63,200 nt of DNA, filler included, from Craspedostauros australis (GCA_030167865.1; 6 parts of 6 records of this genome joined end to end with filler, not necessarily neighbours in it), one strand, 5' to 3'. Positions 23,338 through 35,129 are shown, counted from the whole stretch's first letter. Translations and numbers: made by a program. Notes: generated by a model from the letters alone, not told the origin.

Positions 23338-23997
23338 AGTGGTCGCAAACAGAAACACATAGTCGTATGTACACGTGTACGATACCTTCATGGCTCATCA
23401 CGTAGCTCGTACCATGGAGAGATGGAAATTTAGAAACAGCGCCGAGCCAGAACCCACTTAGAGCGGAGCAGACTTTGATGCTACGCCAGTGCATAGTATG
23501 ACATACGCATTTAATATTGCAGTAAGCTATGGCATGTGTATTGTTAGACAGGAGTGCGAGCTACGAGTACAGTAGAGTACAGCAGAGTACAACAACCAAC
23601 CCATCCAACCACCCTGTGCCAACCAACGAAGGGATCAAAATGGACATTGGTGGGATCGCGCAGGTCGAGGATATTTGCGCGCACCTTGATCATTGCGTTT
23701 TATTCACACTTGAATACAACTGAATGTTCCGAATAAAGGTGAGCACAAAACACTTCACAAAACCGCGGTGTCACCAGTTCGGAGGGAAAATGGAGGACTG
23801 TTCCGTCAACACGGTCATGGGAACACCAAGATCACTTGGCAATGCTTTCTTGGTCGTCGACATAAAACTTCATTCACAAGCGCAACATCGACAGTAACAA
23901 CAGCAGTAGTTGTAGCAGCAGCAGCAGCACAAGAGCAGGCAACCACAAGTCAACGGCAACGATCACGATAACGAGCACGACCTGCGACTTCGCCATC

Positions 23998-26005
23998 ATG
24001 GCATCCCCGGCAGACGCCACAAGCAGCAGCAGCGCATCTGCTGCGCCACAACCCGACTGCATGGACGCAGTGAACGAGAGCCTTGGGATGGGAGCCGTAG
24101 AAGTGGAAGCACCGGCGCATAACCACCCACCGCGGCGCCAGATCTCCAACGTCTCCATGCCCAAGAAGAAGAGCGGCGTCTGTGGCGCCTCCAGCAACCT
24201 CGTCAACAGCATCGTGGGTGCTGGCATCATCGGCATTCCGTACGCTCTGCGGCAGTCGGGTATCGTCGCGGGAGTCTGTCTTCTTGTTCTTGTGGCGTAC
24301 TGCACTGGTGAGTAGCCGTGTGTTGATAGTGTGTTGATAGTCGATATTGATGTGGCGTATTGCGTCGCAATGTACTATTATATAATATTATGTTATATTT
24401 TAGAATATAATATTACTTTGCACAGTTGCATTTGCCGATCCATCCACTCATCCAAAACCCCTTCATTCATTCATTCATTCATCCAAAAAATCTTCATCCA
24501 TTCATTCATCTACGTCTCCGTATCGCACCAATCCGTTTCACTTCATAGACAAATCGCTGAGGATGATCGTCGAGCTGGCCAGCTTCCATCCAACGTTGCA
24601 GCACATGGGAGTTCACACCTTCGAAGACCTCATGTCGCTTCCGTTCGGAACCAACGGTCGTCGTTTCATCCTTTTCAACATGTTCATATTGGCCTACGGG
24701 GCGATGGTGGCATACCTCCTCATCATCAAGGACACCGTGCCCAGCGTGCTTGGCATTGCCTCGGAACCTGGCGTCGGCTCCTTCCTCGAACGCGAAGTCG
24801 TCATGATCATCACGTCGCTCTCCATCATGGTACCCCTGTCCATCCAGCGCGACATGGCCAGCCTGGCATTCACCTCCCTCATCAGCGTCACGGCAGACAT
24901 CTTCCTCGTCATATTCATCGGTGCCTACGCCCCCATCAAATCCACGGTCGGCGATGCGGGTGGCATCAACACTGTCATCACGGAGAACATCGTCAACTCG
25001 AAGCTATTCATCGGATTGGGCATCCTCAGCACGGCCATGGCATGCCAGCACTCGGCCTTCATCGTCAGCGGTTCCCTGGACAACCTCACCAGCCATCGAT
25101 GGGGCACGGTCACCTTCCGTTCCATCAACATGGCAACCTTCCTCTGCGCCATCCTCGGTGTGTGCGGCTACCTAGGATTCCTCGGTGCGACGCAGGGAGA
25201 CATCCTCAACAATTTCGACGTCGATGCTCTCGAGGCCAACGCGGCGCGCACCTTGCTCACGATCACCATGTTCTTCACGTACCCCATGGAAGCATTCGTG
25301 GCGCGTCACGTCCTCATCCAGCTATTCTACGCCGGTGACATGGACGGGCACATCATCGACCCAGCGACGGGCACGACGCTGCCGGAACCCAAGACTCTTG
25401 GCATCCTCAATCGCCGCCACAAGGTCACCTTGCTCATCTACTTGGCGACCTTGGTCCCTGCCCTGCTCGTGGATGATTTGGGCCCCGTCCTTTCCATCAC
25501 GGGATCGTTGGGCGGATCGTTGCTGAGCTACGTCGCACCTGGCATGGTGTACTTGGGCATTCACGGCGACGACTTCCTGGCCTACATCGCCAACCTCGTG
25601 CATCCGCGTGCGTCGCCACCGAATGCGCAACTCCCCGCGGACGGCGATGCCACAGCGACCATGACAACGAACGATGCATCGTCGATCAAACGACGGCCGG
25701 ATCCGAGCGCGTCCAAACCATGGTGGTGGTATCCAACTCTCATGCCGCTGTGGGTGAAAATCGCCACGTCCGGCGCCGACGGCATGAACGAACGATTGGC
25801 AGCATTCCAGCAGGAGCATGGTCCAATCTCGCCGACGCATCTCAGCCACCCGGACGCGCAACCAACAGAATCGATCGGTCCTTGCAAACGTGATTTTTTT
25901 ATCAGCATGTTCTTTATTTCGTTTGGGATCTTGGCCGCCGTCGTTGGATTGGCCTCCAATATTTATGTCGAAGTCAACGACGTCTTCTTCACGCCGTCGC
26001 GGTGA
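23998..26005 (+). CDS. Amino-acid transporter (Aa_trans/AAAP, SLC38A11-like); exons 23998-24307 and 24549-26005
   Basis: NLVNSIVGAGIIGIPYA, AMACQH, TQGDILNNF, FTYPME; many TM helices; intron 24308-24548 GT-AG joins YCT-D-KSLRMI. Confidence 0.92.
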
Positions 26006-26851
26006 GTGATGGGACTTCCAATTGCTCGAAAAGAGCAAGCTAAGGCACATCCAGTAGAATATACAACTCGGTGAATGGACATATCCGTATGGTACAACAG
26101 CCAAAAAGCTGCGTAGGAACTTTAGGCACTTGCATCTGCCATTGAGTTGAGCTTCTTTTGAGCGTCTTCTGTTGTGTGTGTGTGATTTGAGCTTTCGCAT
26201 GTTGGACGAGCACATGCGTGCGTGCGTGCGTATCTGTTGGTTGCTTGTTTGGTTGCTTGTTTGGTTGGTTGTCGCATCTCCCGTGATCATCGCATGAATG
26301 AAGATTCATTCCTCAAATCTGATGATATATGTACGGAGAGCATGTAACTTGCGCACGATGTCGATACGTGGAGCCTTCGCCGACTTGTTCGTTTGTCCGA
26401 TGGTATCATGGTGCCTTCTGCGCCAGCTTGAGTTGTGTAGATATTCGCTGCGCACTTGACTATCCAATGTGGAGGTTCCAACTCCCCTCCATCCCTTTTC
26501 TGCGTGGGTGGCACCTGAGCCCATCTTGCGTTGTCGGGAGAATGGTGTATCGATTTGTCACATTTCAATCCAGCCTCGTCGACTCCATTTCATTCATTTG
26601 ACCTTCTCTCCTTCATTCATATCATACGGAGCACACCGCAAGTCAGACCAAGCCCTGTCCCTGTGAAGATGGAATAAATTGAACATCATCTGATACGGTG
26701 CAGCATCACCATCTGCGAGACTTTGATTGCAGGGCGAGTGTCCTAAGTTCTGCCACCATCCTTGGCCATGTGTTGCCGTACCATGCTTCTAGGATGTCAT
26801 GCCATGCCATAATCGCGCTTGCACTCCGTTCGTCCGGCATTCTCAAGATTC

Positions 26852-27454
26852 TCATAACGTTGTGGATGCACCTGCCAAGCCACCCATTTCAAGAAAGTTG
26901 GTCTTGACCAGCGTCTTCATACCCCGGAACGTCGGCCGATGCTTGGGAAGGACGGCGACGGCATCGAATTCACCGACCTGGATGAGACCTTCGTCGAGGT
27001 CCAGCTCCACTGGCTCTTGCGTCCGCGCCTTGTAGCACACCACATCGACATCGACACCTTGCTCCGGCTTGCCGAACTTGATGACGTAGCCCTCCATCGC
27101 TTTGGCCAGCTTGATGAACTGGCACCAGCCCGAAAAGTACTTACGCCGGTTCTGATCGCCGCCCGCGATGCCCTTGATCAATTCCACGCGACCGCCGGCC
27201 TGGCGGAACTTGAAGCCCTGGATGCTGCGTCCCTTGCCGGAGCAGAAGAAGCCGATGGCGTTGGAGGGGATGGGTCCCCTGCTGTAGTACAATACCAGCC
27301 GTCCGCCCGACGAAGGTTCGAAGGTGAGGTAGCAGCCTTCGGGCCCGTCGTCCGCCAGGATGAAGGCCTGCTTGCTGGATGATGATGCTGACAGAACGAC
27401 TCCATCCGCGATGGTCGCGGCCGTATGGGGTGATGTGGGTGAGGAGCTCGTCAT
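26852..27454 (-). CDS. ~200-aa protein resembling the apicomplexan immune mapped protein (IMP1/IMP2) domain
   Basis: GCYLTFEPSSGGRLVLYYS..AIGFF..FKFRQAGGRVELI..RRKYFSGWCQFIK, recalled as similar to IMP2_N; GC3-rich coding; probable ATG at 27454. Confidence 0.55.
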   Translation of the reverse strand: MTSSSPTSPHTAATIADGVVLSASSSSKQAFILADDGPEGCYLTFEPSSGGRLVLYYSRGPIPSNAIGFFCSGKGRSIQGFKFRQAGGRVELIKGIAGGDQNRRKYFSGWCQFIKLAKAMEGYVIKFGKPEQGVDVDVVCYKARTQEPVELDLDEGLIQVGEFDAVAVLPKHRPTFRGMKTLVKTNFLEMGGLAGASTTL

Positions 27455-28171
27455 GTCGTTGCTGTTGCTGGTTGGTGTTGCCTGATCGGATGCGCCGGTA
27501 TGCCAGTACAGCAGAGCAGAGTCGAGTCGAGTACGAGGTTGGGCTGTTTGTTTGTTGATGCTCCCGATGGATGCTCTTTGCAAGTTGCAAGTTGTGAACT
27601 GTGAGTTCCTTGTGGCTTGTGAGTAATGCGTTGGCACCACAAAAGAACACAAATCACTTCTTCGGCAAAACAATGCAAAAGAAGGATACACACGCACCTG
27701 GCATCGCCAGAGAGTCCACATCACGGCCACGACCGCGGCAACAGAGAGTAGTAAGTCGAAGGTGCATGAAGTCTTTGTGGTGGCGCCAAACGAATCCAAA
27801 AGCCGCCAACAGGGAGTTTGGATTTGAAAATGACACGGAATCCTGATCCATATAACCGTTATTTACCTGCCACATGACCACCCGACCGGTTCGACCTATT
27901 CCTGGCAGAAATGCTGCCAACAAGTGGTTGGTGGCAAATTTCGACAAACGCTCGCACTCACAACAACAAATCAAAACCAGGAAAGAGGAATGAAAGAACA
28001 AAATTTCGAACCTCTGTTTCCTCCATCTCTGCCTCTTTTGTGATGCATCTCCATCTCACAAAATCAGATCATCACTGGATCCAAACAGCAACAGCAACAA
28101 AACACAACGACAAGCACACGCATACTCATCTGCACATACTCGCAAAGTATCCATCACAACCGACGTTCAAA

Positions 28172-28906
28172 ATGGCAGCCACAGCCGCAGCAACAATCCG
28201 AAACCCATTCCGCATGTCCAGACACAGCACCAAGACAAGCCCCGCAAAGGCCAAGAAGAGCACCATGACCAAAAAGAGGATGGGCAAAGCCAAGCATACC
28301 ACGCGCAACAACAAGGCTCGTGCGGGTGTCGTCATTCAGCAATTGCCTCGCCGTTCCACAAGGCATCGCAAGCAAACCGAGTTCCTCGCGGACGAGCACG
28401 AGTGCACTCAAACAAAGGCAAGTGGGAAGGCCAGCAGCAAGCCAACGGCCACCACCGTTGCCAACAAGAAGCCCATGCGCGTCAAGCAACCTCAACCCGA
28501 CGCGGAGCCATCACATTTGCACGAGCACCGTGATGCTAACGACATGTTCGGCCCAGACGAGTACGAAGTGCTGTGGCACAACGCATCCAGCCAGTACTAC
28601 GATGCCAACCTGCGCAAGCATCATCGCTGCCACCTGCGCTTCATTCGCCTGCAGTTGCTGCAGCGCATTGACGATGACGGTGATGAGAAGAAACGCTTCG
28701 TGTTGTGGAAGAAGGTGGGGTTCGTCGGGTCAGAAACCTGCGCCAGGATGATTCCGCGCTTCTTCCAGCGCAAGTTGGATGCCACGTGCTCCTTCCGCGA
28801 GGAGTACAAACTCTTCACCGGCAACGCCTTTGACAGCGTGAAGCAGTTCAAGGAAGGTCAGGGACTGGGATACCAGCCAAGTCATCTCTGGGCCTGTGAT
28901 TGGTGA
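28172..28906 (+). CDS. Basic N-terminus plus a divergent WGR-like domain
   Basis: YDANL...RFIRLQLL...FVLWKKVGFVG...A..F.E.YKLFTGNAF follows the PARP-type WGR pattern, with WGRVG replaced by VGFVG. Confidence 0.6.
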   Translation: MAATAAATIRNPFRMSRHSTKTSPAKAKKSTMTKKRMGKAKHTTRNNKARAGVVIQQLPRRSTRHRKQTEFLADEHECTQTKASGKASSKPTATTVANKKPMRVKQPQPDAEPSHLHEHRDANDMFGPDEYEVLWHNASSQYYDANLRKHHRCHLRFIRLQLLQRIDDDGDEKKRFVLWKKVGFVGSETCARMIPRFFQRKLDATCSFREEYKLFTGNAFDSVKQFKEGQGLGYQPSHLWACDW

Positions 28907-29475
28907 AGACATTCGTGTATGACTGGCACGACATCACTCCAAGTTGCACAACAATACTATATAATACTTTAATCTATCCCAAAATACACTCATACTAGTA
29001 TGAAGACCAGAAGTAGCAGCGTGAAAGTAGAATAGTCGAGGAGGGAGGTGTTGCATCCGTCGTGCCATTTATGCTCTACTCGGGTGTGTTTGTGTGTGGG
29101 TTTGGATCACTGTGTCGATTTCATGGCGAAGAAGTCCGCCGAGTCAATCATGAATTGTCTTGAATTGATTCGTTTGACTAAATGTCCCCAACCGTCCACA
29201 TTTTCGACAACCACCCAAAAAACGAAGCTGTCAACCACTTTCTTTCAACATCGTCGCAACCAACGTTGCCAACACCACCGCTTCGTACATTGCCCTCGTT
29301 GAACGTTGACGCTCCGACCATCCAGGCTCCGACTCACATGCTCACATGCTCACATACCCACATACCCACATACTCACAGACTCGCGCATTCACGTCCACA
29401 CTAATAACTGAAAGGAAGAATACAAAGAGTATTATATTATATTGTATTATATTATATCATAGAATACAAAACACC

Positions 29476-32238
29476 ATGGGAAAGGCCAAGATATTGCTGG
29501 CCGGTTCGGTGCAAGGCAACGCGAGTGTGCTGGTGAAGAAGATCAAGGCGTTGCAGTCCAGCAAGGCTGGTCCGTTCGATGTCTGCTTCTGCCTCGGTCC
29601 ATGGCAGAGCCCTGACGTCAAGGTGGACGAAGAGACCTTGCTCAGTCAGGTCAAGGACCTTCCGCTGCCGGTGTACCTGACGCAGTATCCCGGGTTCCTG
29701 TCCGGCGGCACGGATGGCGACGGACCGTCCAAGCCTCTGAAGATTGCGGACAATCTCTTCGTGCTGGGCGACAAGAACGACAACCAGGCGGGATTATGGG
29801 AACTGGAGCTGAGCAGCCACGCCAAGCCGCTCACGGTGGTATCCTGTCCACCGCACTTCCGCATGGATGCGGCGCATGCTGCTGGGTTGCACAAATCGCT
29901 CGCCGATGCGTCGTTCAAGGGCTGCGACTTCCTCTTCACGCATGACTGGCCGCAAGGGATGGATGACATTGTCAACACGGACATCTCCAAGCTCTCCTTC
30001 GATGTGTGCGAGATCGCCATGAAGTGCAAGCCGCGGTACCACGCCTCGTTCAGCGACGGCTTTCATCAGTCGCCCGCATTCCGCCTGCCCGACACGAAGC
30101 ATCTGGGGCGCTTCCTCTCCATGGGACCCGTGGTGCCGGGCAAGCCAGCCAAGACCAAGAAGTACATCCATGCGCTGGGGATCGAACCGGTGCAGGCAAA
30201 TCCAGCACCTCCGACGCCGGACACACCGGCTTTGCCGTGCCCCTACGCCAACGCCGTGGTCAACGATGATCTGATGCGCATCGGCGGCGGACCGGGATTT
30301 TCGCGCATGTCGGGTCCATCGTCCTTCTCGCGATTTGGCAACAACCCCAAACGCAAGCGCGACAATGATCCTCGCAACCAGGGCATGACTCCGCCCAATG
30401 ACAAAACGTCCACGCTCTTCCTGTATGGCATCCACAACGATCGTTCCGGCGACCTGCAGTCCACCCAATCCTTCACCTTGCTGCGCGCCTTCCGCAAGTA
30501 CAAGGCCAAGCAGGTGCGCCATCTGCCCAACTCCCAGGCCCCCAAGTTCTGCTTCTTGGAATTCGATGACCAGCGCGCCGCCATGGAATGTCTCGACGCG
30601 TGTCGCGGCGAGGTCTTCATCAACGGCGTCCGATTGACGCTGAAATGGGCGAACGCCAACAACAATGCCAACAACAAGCGATCCAGGCAGGGTGACGGGC
30701 CGTCCAAATCGCAGTACCCGACGCAAGAGGAAGCAGCCACATCGACGACGCTCTTCTTCCATCCACCGTCCGACAAGAATATTACGCTCATCGATCCCGA
30801 TCAGGGTGATGGTGCTGGTGCTGACGCTGATGCCGACAAGGACAAGGGCAAGGGCAAGGATAAGGATGATGCGGACGCAGACAAGGCCAAGGACGATGCT
30901 GCCGATGCCGACAATGCTGACGACGCCAAAAAGGACAAGGACGCAGAGATGGCGGAAGCGAAGAAGGAGGAAGAAGCAACAGCCGATGGTGATGACAAGG
31001 ATGAAGACAAGAAGGAGGAGGAGACGGAAGGTGGCGATGGCGACGGCGATGATGCCAAGCTTGCAAAAGGAGAGGCAAACGAGGAGGTCAAAGAGGGCGA
31101 TGGCGAAGACGGTGAAAAGAAGCCGGAGAAGCCAGAGCCAAAGAGCAAGTTTGGCGACGCTCTGCGCCTGTTTGTGGCGGACACTCTGGAGCATGTCATC
31201 AACGAGGGTGTGGAGGATCCTGCGGATCGCGTGACCGTGGAGACCGAACCGGCCCTGAAGGTGGAGATCCGCATCAAGGAGAAGTACGGCTTCTTGCAGT
31301 TCGCATCGCATGCTGCAGCCACCATGGCATTGGCGGCGTTGACCACCAGCACCGACGGCGGCGTGTTGGTGCCACCGCCTCCCAGCACCGGTGGTAGCGG
31401 CGGATCGCCAAAGCCGCCATCAGAGCTGGTCGGAACCACGTTGCGTTGGGCCAAGGGAGAGGAAAAGACCGGCAAGGACAGGAAGAAGAAGACCAGCAAG
31501 GACTACATGCAGGCGCTGGGGCTGAAGCGCAAGCACTTCCCGGCCGATGCCAGGACTGACTGCTGGTTCTGCTTGGCGTCTTCGACGTGCGAGAAGCACC
31601 TCATCACTGGTGTCTACGAGACCTCCTACTCGACGATGCCCAAGGGTCCCGCCCATCCCGGGCACGTCCTGCTGGTGCCCGTGGCGCATTCCAGCCAGGG
31701 AGCCTGGACCATGGGATCGAAGGGCGGCACGGAGATCCTGGAACTGAAAGACCGCGTCAAGGAGCACGCCTCAAAGGTGTATGACATGGACCTTTTCGTG
31801 TTCGAGCGTGCCATTGATACGCGCGGTGGATACCACACGCACGTGCAGTGCATCCCCATCCCACGTGGCATCTCGACGGATCTGCAGAAGGTGATGGTGG
31901 CGCACGCCAAGGCCAGCGGCTTCGAGCTGCGGCCGATCCAATCCGATCTGGGCATCACCGCCATGCTGTCCGAGGAGGACAACTACTTTTACGCCGAGGT
32001 TGCCACCGATCTCTCGGTGAGCCGGTTCCTGTACAAGGCTGTCGCAGAGGATGGTGATACTGTGGATGCCAAGACCGGCAAGCGGCGCCCCCGCGTGCCC
32101 CTGCAGTTCGGTCGCGAAGTGCTGGCGTCGGTGCTGAAGAAGCCGGAGCTGGCGCATTGGAAGTCCTGCGTTGTGGATCAAGACAAGGAGGCAGAGATGG
32201 CAGCCACGTTGCGCGAGACGCTGTCCGAGCACACGTGA
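29476..32238 (+). CDS. CWF19L1: CWF19-like protein 1 (Drn1/CwfJ family, lariat turnover) with internal RRM-like domains
   Basis: N-terminal metallophosphoesterase-like region (KILLAGSVQG..KAGPFD..DFLFTHDWP..KPRYH); C-terminal CwfJ region (CWFCL..EKHLI..PKGP..GHVLLVPVAH..FER..HTHVQCIPIP..PLQFGREV). Confidence 0.9.
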   Translation: MGKAKILLAGSVQGNASVLVKKIKALQSSKAGPFDVCFCLGPWQSPDVKVDEETLLSQVKDLPLPVYLTQYPGFLSGGTDGDGPSKPLKIADNLFVLGDKNDNQAGLWELELSSHAKPLTVVSCPPHFRMDAAHAAGLHKSLADASFKGCDFLFTHDWPQGMDDIVNTDISKLSFDVCEIAMKCKPRYHASFSDGFHQSPAFRLPDTKHLGRFLSMGPVVPGKPAKTKKYIHALGIEPVQANPAPPTPDTPALPCPYANAVVNDDLMRIGGGPGFSRMSGPSSFSRFGNNPKRKRDNDPRNQGMTPPNDKTSTLFLYGIHNDRSGDLQSTQSFTLLRAFRKYKAKQVRHLPNSQAPKFCFLEFDDQRAAMECLDACRGEVFINGVRLTLKWANANNNANNKRSRQGDGPSKSQYPTQEEAATSTTLFFHPPSDKNITLIDPDQGDGAGADADADKDKGKGKDKDDADADKAKDDAADADNADDAKKDKDAEMAEAKKEEEATADGDDKDEDKKEEETEGGDGDGDDAKLAKGEANEEVKEGDGEDGEKKPEKPEPKSKFGDALRLFVADTLEHVINEGVEDPADRVTVETEPALKVEIRIKEKYGFLQFASHAAATMALAALTTSTDGGVLVPPPPSTGGSGGSPKPPSELVGTTLRWAKGEEKTGKDRKKKTSKDYMQALGLKRKHFPADARTDCWFCLASSTCEKHLITGVYETSYSTMPKGPAHPGHVLLVPVAHSSQGAWTMGSKGGTEILELKDRVKEHASKVYDMDLFVFERAIDTRGGYHTHVQCIPIPRGISTDLQKVMVAHAKASGFELRPIQSDLGITAMLSEEDNYFYAEVATDLSVSRFLYKAVAEDGDTVDAKTGKRRPRVPLQFGREVLASVLKKPELAHWKSCVVDQDKEAEMAATLRETLSEHT

Positions 32239-32608
32239 AGGACAAGCTGTGGTGGCGATGCATGAATGCAGCATTGGCATGGCATAGCTTGAAACGGAAT
32301 GGAAAATGTAATGCTAATGCAATAGTCGGAAATGATGTGCCCAAACATACACAGAGTACGTACCATATGTTACTACAACTGTACGTATGCTCCATGACTG
32401 GCATGTGTGCTGGTATTGTATAATACCTGGAGTGTGATAGATTGCTCGGGAGAATACGAGTACATGAATGTCACATGCGTCGATAAGCATTCAATCGGGG
32501 GACGACGCCAGGAGCCACACCACCAACAAAGCAGGTAGAGCATCCTCACACAGAGATAAAAGTTGATGGAGGGAACATACCTACGTTAATTAACTTGCGA
32601 TTCCTGCT

Positions 32609-33394
32609 CTAATATACTTGATCATCGTCGTCACTGTCGTCGCTGCTACTGCTGCTGCTTGAACCATCGTCCTCGTCGTTTATATTTTGAGTCGACTTGT
32701 CACTTGATTTCCTTTCGTTTTCACTTTCAGATGAAGAAGAGCTTGAGTCAGAGTCGCTACTGCTACCATCTTCGTCGCCCGCCTTTCCATTCGATTCTGA
32801 TGTCGACTGCTTCGCCTTCTTCTGTTCCTTCTCACTGCTCCCGTCGGCATCCTTTTTGTTGTCATCGTCATCGTCGTTGTTGCTGCTATTGTTGTTCTTC
32901 TTGTTTGCATTCTTTTCCCACGACCGTCGGATGTGATCATCCACTTCGTGGCTGAACATGCAGTTGGCCCCCTTCTTGCAGATGCCCTTCTTGACGAAAA
33001 AGGCGCACAGCCGATCCTTCTTATCCTTGACCTCCTCATCCACAGGCCGCGCGAAACGACACGGCTCATCCGCCTTCTTCTTCATGCAGAAGAAGAAGTA
33101 CTTGCCGACGGCGCGCGAGTTCTCGTTGACACGGGAATGCTTGACCTTCTTGAGACGCGAGGGGATGCCGCAGAAGCACCGCGGCGGCTTGATCTTCTGC
33201 ATGGCGCGGGCACGCTCAATGTCGTCCTGGGAGGGGTCGACGCCGGCCACGGGCGTGTGGCTCGAGTTGCGCATCTTCTTGCGGCGTTTGGGGCATCTCT
33301 GAATCCAGTGGCCGGCGATGTTGCAGTTCTTGCAGACGTAGCCGTCGGAGGGAGTCGACTGCTGTAGCCGTTTCGACTTCACTTCGTCTACCAT
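32609..33394 (-). CDS. Zinc-finger protein (CCHC knuckle + GRF + CCCH) with an acidic Ser-rich tail; 5' end uncertain
   Basis: YVCKNCNIAGHWIQRCP; PRCFCG..GKYFFFC..CRFARP; CAFFVKKGICKKGANCMFSH. Confidence 0.8.
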   Translation of the reverse strand: MVDEVKSKRLQQSTPSDGYVCKNCNIAGHWIQRCPKRRKKMRNSSHTPVAGVDPSQDDIERARAMQKIKPPRCFCGIPSRLKKVKHSRVNENSRAVGKYFFFCMKKKADEPCRFARPVDEEVKDKKDRLCAFFVKKGICKKGANCMFSHEVDDHIRRSWEKNANKKNNNSSNNDDDDDNKKDADGSSEKEQKKAKQSTSESNGKAGDEDGSSSDSDSSSSSSESENERKSSDKSTQNINDEDDGSSSSSSSDDSDDDDQVY

Positions 33395-33947
33395 CGTGTT
33401 GACTCGGGCGTCTTTTAATTGTATTGGGAGGGTGATCCAAATGTGTTCTCTGGATCGTAGTCCTTTGCCAAAGGTTAGGAATCTGAAGAGGAAGAGTGTG
33501 TGGAGGATGCAGAATGCAGAATGTGTAAAGTGTTGTTGATCTTCTTGACAGGAGGTTCTCATTGTGTCAACGAGGCGACACAGCGCCATCATGAAAGACG
33601 CACACAAACAGACACAAGATGGTTGGTTGGCGGAGAAAGTTGGCGCCATTACCGGAGTCCATTGAGTCGAATTGAGAGCAAACAAGAAGTCGTGCATAAT
33701 TGACCCAATCGGCTCTTGAGAGAGAAACACACAGAAATGGATTGGCCAACGCAGAACAAGTCGGAGACGCTGTGGGAGAGATGTGGCAGGCACGGTGCCG
33801 TGAAGGTATCCATAGCTCGCACGCAGAGAGAGAGAGAGAGAGACAGCACAGCACCACAACCATAGGCACATCCATTGCGAGCGTCACACCGTGATCTGCA
33901 TACAACAACAGCAGTAGCATCAGCAGCAACAGGCATCCGTGAGAGTC

Positions 33948-35129
33948 ATGCTGCGCCGTTTGCCTCCTTCGATGATCGGGCGTTGTCGTCATGTGATGGC
34001 ATGCAGGCTGCAGACACAACTGCAGCAACGATGCTTTGTATCCAAACCCCGCACATCAGCCGGGGGTGCTGCAAGTCGCGGCAGGAAGGTTCTGAGCCGC
34101 AAGGAGATGCGACGGTTCAAGCAGCAGGAGAAGAAGAAGGAACGCAAGCAACGCAAGGAAGCAGTGCTGCAGGCCCAGCGCCATCAACAACACCAACAAA
34201 CTAGCTCTGTTGATCAGACTACTGGCATGGCTCCATCCACTGCACCCACTCAATCTAATACCACCAACTCCAGACTCACCAACCTCTGGCACACCCTGCA
34301 GCAACGTCTCAACGCGACGTTCACCACCCTTCCGCGTATCCCGGCCACCGATGTGCCCGTCACGACCGCGCACTACCAATCCCTCGCATACCGCCTGCCA
34401 TTGTTCCTGCTGATCGGCGGCCTCCTCTACACCGACAGCGAAGACTGGACGCCGATGCCGTACAGTCTGCGATGCAGCATCGGTCCCAGCATGCTGCCAA
34501 CCATCCACTTCTTTGGCGATGTCTGGTTGGTGCAGAATTGGGGACGGTCGCATCGCGGCGGCGAGGTCGTGCTGTGGAAGGATCCGCGCACGCAGCAGAT
34601 GTCGTGCAAGCGCATCGTGGGCGTGGCGGGCGATCGCGTGCGGCGGTATGGACAGTACGCGCACCTGTATCAAGATCGAGACGATCTCGGAATCGTTTGG
34701 CCGCGCGATCGTGCTGGCAACAGCGATGAACAGCCAAGGCGCATCTTGGATTCTTCGTGGGATGATGGCGCCGATAGGAGCAGCGCACCATCGGGTTATG
34801 CAGGCCGTGATCACAAGCGGACGATCGAGGTGCCGCCGGGTCATGTTTGGGTGGAGGGGGACTGTCCGTTGTTTTCTTTGGATTCGCGTCATTACGGTCC
34901 CGTACCGTCAGAATGGGTGCGTGGCAATCTGGTGCTGCGACTTTGGCCGCTGAAGCGGGAGCACGATGAGACGGAGGTCGGCATGAGGCCACGGTGGGTC
35001 AAGCAAGAGCGGCCCGTTCCATTCGGTTCCATCGAAGAGTACCTGGGGAGGAAGTTCAGCTTTTACCGCGTCCCAAAACTTCAGCAGAGAGAGCAACAGC
35101 AACAGGATATTCATCCGGCGGAGACATGA
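33948..35129 (+). CDS. IMP1: Mitochondrial inner-membrane protease subunit 1-like (peptidase S26)
   Basis: GPSMLPT (catalytic Ser), KRIVG (catalytic Lys), VPPGHVWVEGD..SLDSRHYGPVP; Arg-rich presequence. Confidence 0.85.
   Translation: MLRRLPPSMIGRCRHVMACRLQTQLQQRCFVSKPRTSAGGAASRGRKVLSRKEMRRFKQQEKKKERKQRKEAVLQAQRHQQHQQTSSVDQTTGMAPSTAPTQSNTTNSRLTNLWHTLQQRLNATFTTLPRIPATDVPVTTAHYQSLAYRLPLFLLIGGLLYTDSEDWTPMPYSLRCSIGPSMLPTIHFFGDVWLVQNWGRSHRGGEVVLWKDPRTQQMSCKRIVGVAGDRVRRYGQYAHLYQDRDDLGIVWPRDRAGNSDEQPRRILDSSWDDGADRSSAPSGYAGRDHKRTIEVPPGHVWVEGDCPLFSLDSRHYGPVPSEWVRGNLVLRLWPLKREHDETEVGMRPRWVKQERPVPFGSIEEYLGRKFSFYRVPKLQQREQQQQDIHPAET

Noticed and set aside
18494..26005. tenA, sulfotransferase and transporter as a biosynthetic cluster with the FAAL synthetase
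   Set aside because: They lie on a different scaffold piece from the synthetase and have no evident functional link.
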